Shown: positions 60,615 to 64,000 of the stretch, piece after piece
How positions within the stretch are numbered: position 1 is the stretch's first letter
Layout: each line of letters begins with the position of its first letter
Assembly: GCA_963735805.1 (NCBI GenBank)
Contig: CAVTMK010000002.1
Location: 352,001-416,000 of the forward strand
From: an uncultured Verrucomicrobiae bacterium
Lineage (GTDB): Bacteria > Verrucomicrobiota > Verrucomicrobiia > Chthoniobacterales > UBA10450
Length of the DNA: 64,000 bases
Direction of reading: 5' to 3'
Notes under the pieces: model-generated
What the model was told of the DNA's origin: nothing
Databases searched by the model: none
What the model saw: the letters and a program-made list of their open reading frames with translations, nothing else
Made by a program: the position numbers and the translations under genes

Positions 60615-62750
60615 TCAGAATGTCACGGTCGCTTGATTAGAACAGGTGTTGGTGTTTCTGTTGCAGACTTGATATGTGAATGTGCCGGGAGGACGTCCTC
60701 CGATCCGATCGGTGTAAAAACCGCTGTTCCTGGGAGTCGCGATCAACACGCCGTTGCGATAAATGTCGACACGATTCGACGTTGCGCCGCTCCAGGATAA
60801 GTCGGCTCGGCGTCGCCCGTTTACCAGGTAGCCACTGGCACTTAGCGTGATTTGACCGGGTGTCGGTGTGGGTGTCACGGTCGGAGTTGCAGTGGGCGTG
60901 GGTGATGGAGTTGGCGTCGCAGTGGGAGTAGCCGTTGGAGTTGCGGTTGGTGTAGCCGTAGGCGTCACGGTGGGGGTAGGCGTAGCTGTCGGTGTAGGCG
61001 TTGCGGTCGGAGTCGCGGTGGGAGTTGCCGTAGGTGTCGGTGTAGGCGACGGCGCGCCGGTCGACTGCCTATCGTGGAACGCATCTTGCTGGGAACTACC
61101 GCCGATTGTCACGCGTCCATCAACCCAGGCATGAAGGTGCTGGCTAGCAGAGGAACTGGCATAATCATAGTCGCCCGCATAAACGGCCTGTATCCCCGGA
61201 TCAGGTTGAAGCGGAAGCGGAGTCATTACGTCTGAAAATGCATCGTCAGGCAACCAGGTCGCGCCGTTATCCGTCGACCGCCGCGCCCACATTCGATAAC
61301 ACGGTGTGCTGGGACTGGATGGCTGGCAGCTTGCCGCTGTCCTTTCTCGCTCGTCGTACCATACAGTGAGAAGGCTGCCACTCGGACTGACTGAGAGGTT
61401 AGGCTGCCACTGGGCCTTGGTGGGGTCAGTGTTGGAGTTGAGTTGAAAGGGGGCGCTAAACGTAACGCCACGGTCGGTGGAGCGAATATAGAAAACGTTA
61501 CCCGCGTCCCCAGTAGCGGTGTTCCGAGAGTCGTAGACATAGTGAACGACGCCGTTCAGAGCAGCAGGCTCACCCCAACCCATGTGTCGCCAGTAGGCCG
61601 GGTTGTTATACATGGTGGCAAAGTAACCTGAAGCACCACGCCCAGGGCCATTAAATGTTGGCCCGGTGTAGGTGTTAATCCAGGTGTTACCACCATCGGT
61701 TGACCTGAACATGAGGTTATTTCGAGTAGTAAGGCCGCCACCGTTTTCGTTCATGCCGGCCAGATATATATCTCCTGTAGCGAGATCGCCGGTGATCTGA
61801 ACGTCGCGGATGAAAGGCGTCCCGGTCGTGATCTGCCGCGCGTTGGTCCACGTAACACCGTTGTCAGTCGAATAGCGGACAAAGAGGGCGCCGCCACCAA
61901 CATTGAAATCGTTCCATGATACATACATTCGGCCATAGAATGGAGAGGAGGGGTTATTGTCTGCCCAACCCGACTCCCGATCGTCCTGCGAGTTGTTGTG
62001 AATACAGAAATGAGTCCAGCTGTTCGCGTTTGAGGGGGTAGTAGTCTTATAACCACCGAGGCCCTGAGCACCGCAACCCGCGTCGAGCCAGACAGTATAC
62101 CAGGTGCCGGTTGGCCGGTTGTACAAAATAACAGGGTCGCCAAGGGTATTGGAGAACGGGCCCTGGCCGTTCGCAGCGGTGAGCCGAGTGAACGTTGCGC
62201 CGCCGTCAGTAGAAACGGATGCGCCTGAAATGTTAATGGGAGTGGCGTTGCGGCCTCGTGAGTCGTTGTAGGCGACCAGAATTTGATTGGAATTATCCGG
62301 GTTACTGGCGGTGAATGTCTCCGACTGGGTGATATTGGGAGACGTCTGGGTGCCCGTGACCAGGTTAACGTCGTTGGAACCAAACGCCGTCGGGGCCAAC
62401 AGTTTTTTGACAGCTTGGACTAAGGCACCGAGAAAAGTAGAGGCTGACCCTCCTTGTGCCCTGCCGCACGCAATCATGATAGCTCCAGCCCGGAGGTTCT
62501 CTTGCTTGTCGATCCCCAGCTCACGAATGCGGGAACAGTCAAAACCAACAGGAACGAGGGGGTCCGCTGACTGGGTAATGATTGTGCGGTTCTGCTGCGC
62601 CTGCGCGGAGATTACGCCAAAACCTAGCAGCGCCAGAAAGACGCCAGCCAGAATAACAAACAGGCCGATTAAAACACGAAGGTTAAAAAACCCAGCTTCG
62701 CCGAGGGCACGGCGGACAGGGGCCGACTGTGGAGTGGAGTGCTGTTTCAT
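60615..62750 (-). CDS. Secreted Asp-box (sialidase-like) propeller, PT linker and basic FN3-like C-terminal domain (no Pro/Arg tail)
   Basis: Paralog of the 36689 N-domain; ends ITLSASGYLVNGRRRADLSWSGA...YQVC...CSNQATVTF. Confidence 0.8.
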   Translation of the reverse strand: MKQHSTPQSAPVRRALGEAGFFNLRVLIGLFVILAGVFLALLGFGVISAQAQQNRTIITQSADPLVPVGFDCSRIRELGIDKQENLRAGAIMIACGRAQGGSASTFLGALVQAVKKLLAPTAFGSNDVNLVTGTQTSPNITQSETFTASNPDNSNQILVAYNDSRGRNATPINISGASVSTDGGATFTRLTAANGQGPFSNTLGDPVILYNRPTGTWYTVWLDAGCGAQGLGGYKTTTPSNANSWTHFCIHNNSQDDRESGWADNNPSSPFYGRMYVSWNDFNVGGGALFVRYSTDNGVTWTNARQITTGTPFIRDVQITGDLATGDIYLAGMNENGGGLTTRNNLMFRSTDGGNTWINTYTGPTFNGPGRGASGYFATMYNNPAYWRHMGWGEPAALNGVVHYVYDSRNTATGDAGNVFYIRSTDRGVTFSAPFQLNSNTDPTKAQWQPNLSVSPSGSLLTVWYDERERTAASCQPSSPSTPCYRMWARRSTDNGATWLPDDAFSDVMTPLPLQPDPGIQAVYAGDYDYASSSASQHLHAWVDGRVTIGGSSQQDAFHDRQSTGAPSPTPTPTATPTATPTATPTPTATPTPTVTPTATPTATPTATPTATPTPSPTPTATPTVTPTPTPGQITLSASGYLVNGRRRADLSWSGATSNRVDIYRNGVLIATPRNSGFYTDRIGGRPPGTFTYQVCNRNTNTCSNQATVTF

Positions 62751-62890
62751 GGTGGAGTTTCATTGGAGAGTGCGTGATTTTTGATCGAAACGGTTCGAAC
62801 AATCAATCATTTTATTTTGTGCCCTGGACGTGGCAGTTGTTAGCTGCGGCACGAAAAGTGCGCCCAGTCTGTGGCCTAACCCTGTGACTT

Positions 62891-64000
62891 CTACGAATCA
62901 GAGGTATCCGGCATACTTCTCGGCGGTGGCCCGTCGTAGCCGTGATTGACCGGATCGATCCGCCGCATTGGTTTCTCGCGGGTCTGTTCTTCGATCACGT
63001 GTGCCACAAGGCCGGGCGTACGGGCGATCATAAAAATGCCGTTGAACGCCGCGAGGTTCATTCCCAAGTCCGCAAGAATGGCGCCGATAGCGCCATCCAC
63101 GTTGATCGGCAGCGCTTTCTTTGCGTCCGCGAACGCTTTTTCGACAGCGCGCGCTGCTTTCATATGCGCCCCATCGACACCTGCTTCACGCGCCAACTCG
63201 AAAAGCCGCGCGGTGCGCGGATCTTTTGTGTGATAGCGGTGCCCAAATCCCGGCATCCGCTCGCCGCTTTCTCTCATCGCGGCTAGCGTACGTGTAGCGG
63301 CCTCGTCCAATGAAATGGATTCACCAGTCGCGCGATCGGCAATTGCCTTCAGCTGCCGGGCGCAATCTTCAATTGCCCCGCCGTGATGACGATTGATCGA
63401 CATGATTCCCGCAGCGACCGCCGCGCTTAACGTTGACCCGGTCGACGCGACAGTTCGCGCGGCCAACGCGCTGGGGGGCGTCGCGCCGTGATCGATCGAC
63501 GCTACCAAAATCGCATCCATCAAGCGCGCGATCGGAGGCGAAGGGAGCTCGCCGGTCAAGATCAGATAAACTGCTGCGCCAAACGAGACGCGTCCCATGA
63601 GCTCGGCAATATCGTATCCGCGCACTCCAACTCTGTTAGGTTCTACGCGGGTGATAGCAGTGGTCCATGTTGCTTTCCTGTCGGCTTCACTCATGAGACT
63701 TTGTCCTTTCGTTTGTGCGAGAATCTTGACGACGGCTTCGGGCACTTCCCCAAATGAATCGACCACAGTCGCACCGGCTTCGCGCAATGCTTTTACTTTA
63801 CCCTCGTGCGTGCCACGACCACCCTCGATGATTGCCCCGGCGTGGCTGAACCGGGTGCCTTCGCGCGCGGCTTTGCCGCCGATATAGGCAATTACTGGCT
63901 TGGTGACTTTCTTATCCACAATCAGTTGAGCCAATTCTTCCTCCTGTGAAGAACCGATTTCGCCGAAGATGACAATGGCTTCGGTGAAAGGATCAGCCTC
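62891..64000 (-). CDS. ATP-citrate lyase alpha-like fusion (succinyl-CoA ligase alpha-type domain plus citryl-CoA lyase domain), 3' part; runs off the window end
   Basis: Frame is open to 64000 (EADPFTEAIVIFGEIGSSQEEEL); RFSHAGAI phospho-His motif; DHG..PS, HGGA, PGFGHR, DPR, NVDG. Confidence 0.85.
   Translation of the reverse strand, partial: EADPFTEAIVIFGEIGSSQEEELAQLIVDKKVTKPVIAYIGGKAAREGTRFSHAGAIIEGGRGTHEGKVKALREAGATVVDSFGEVPEAVVKILAQTKGQSLMSEADRKATWTTAITRVEPNRVGVRGYDIAELMGRVSFGAAVYLILTGELPSPPIARLMDAILVASIDHGATPPSALAARTVASTGSTLSAAVAAGIMSINRHHGGAIEDCARQLKAIADRATGESISLDEAATRTLAAMRESGERMPGFGHRYHTKDPRTARLFELAREAGVDGAHMKAARAVEKAFADAKKALPINVDGAIGAILADLGMNLAAFNGIFMIARTPGLVAHVIEEQTREKPMRRIDPVNHGYDGPPPRSMPDTSDS

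Noticed and set aside
502..61134. Many ORFs rich in GVGVGVAVG, or in R/C/W or LHLRL runs
   Set aside because: Antisense or alternative-frame readings of the Pro/Thr linkers and tails.

Overview
Most of this window is an array of about 23 genes for large exported (signal-peptide) proteins. They include Kelch and BNR/Asp-box beta-propellers, sialidase-like and VPS10/GH74-like propellers, two S8 proteases, a PQQ sugar dehydrogenase, two choice-of-anchor-Q beta-helix proteins and unnamed Cys-bracketed modules. The array is interrupted by a DEAD-box helicase and a PGM1-like ATP-grasp ligase, and flanked by partial AI-2E transporter and ATP-citrate-lyase-alpha-like genes. Leader and repeat style suggest a soil Verrucomicrobiota (Chthoniobacterales-like) genome; this is inference. 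The main signal is that 20 genes from unrelated families, plus one relic, end in the same non-hydrophobic Pro/Arg tail (consensus about [10 protein letters not shown][HFR]-P-R-P-T-P-P-stop), usually after a Pro/Thr linker. It sits where a sorting or anchoring signal normally sits. Associated with it are two conserved leader-peptide families, a shared TTGACA-N18-TAAAAR promoter motif, a shared covarying terminator hairpin, near-identical 3' cassettes shared between paralogs, and three genes in which a single-base indel in the linker detaches the tail. No processing enzyme or receptor for the tail is recognisable in the window. GTAG/GGTGG REP-like palindromes are abundant, and several are translated in frame.
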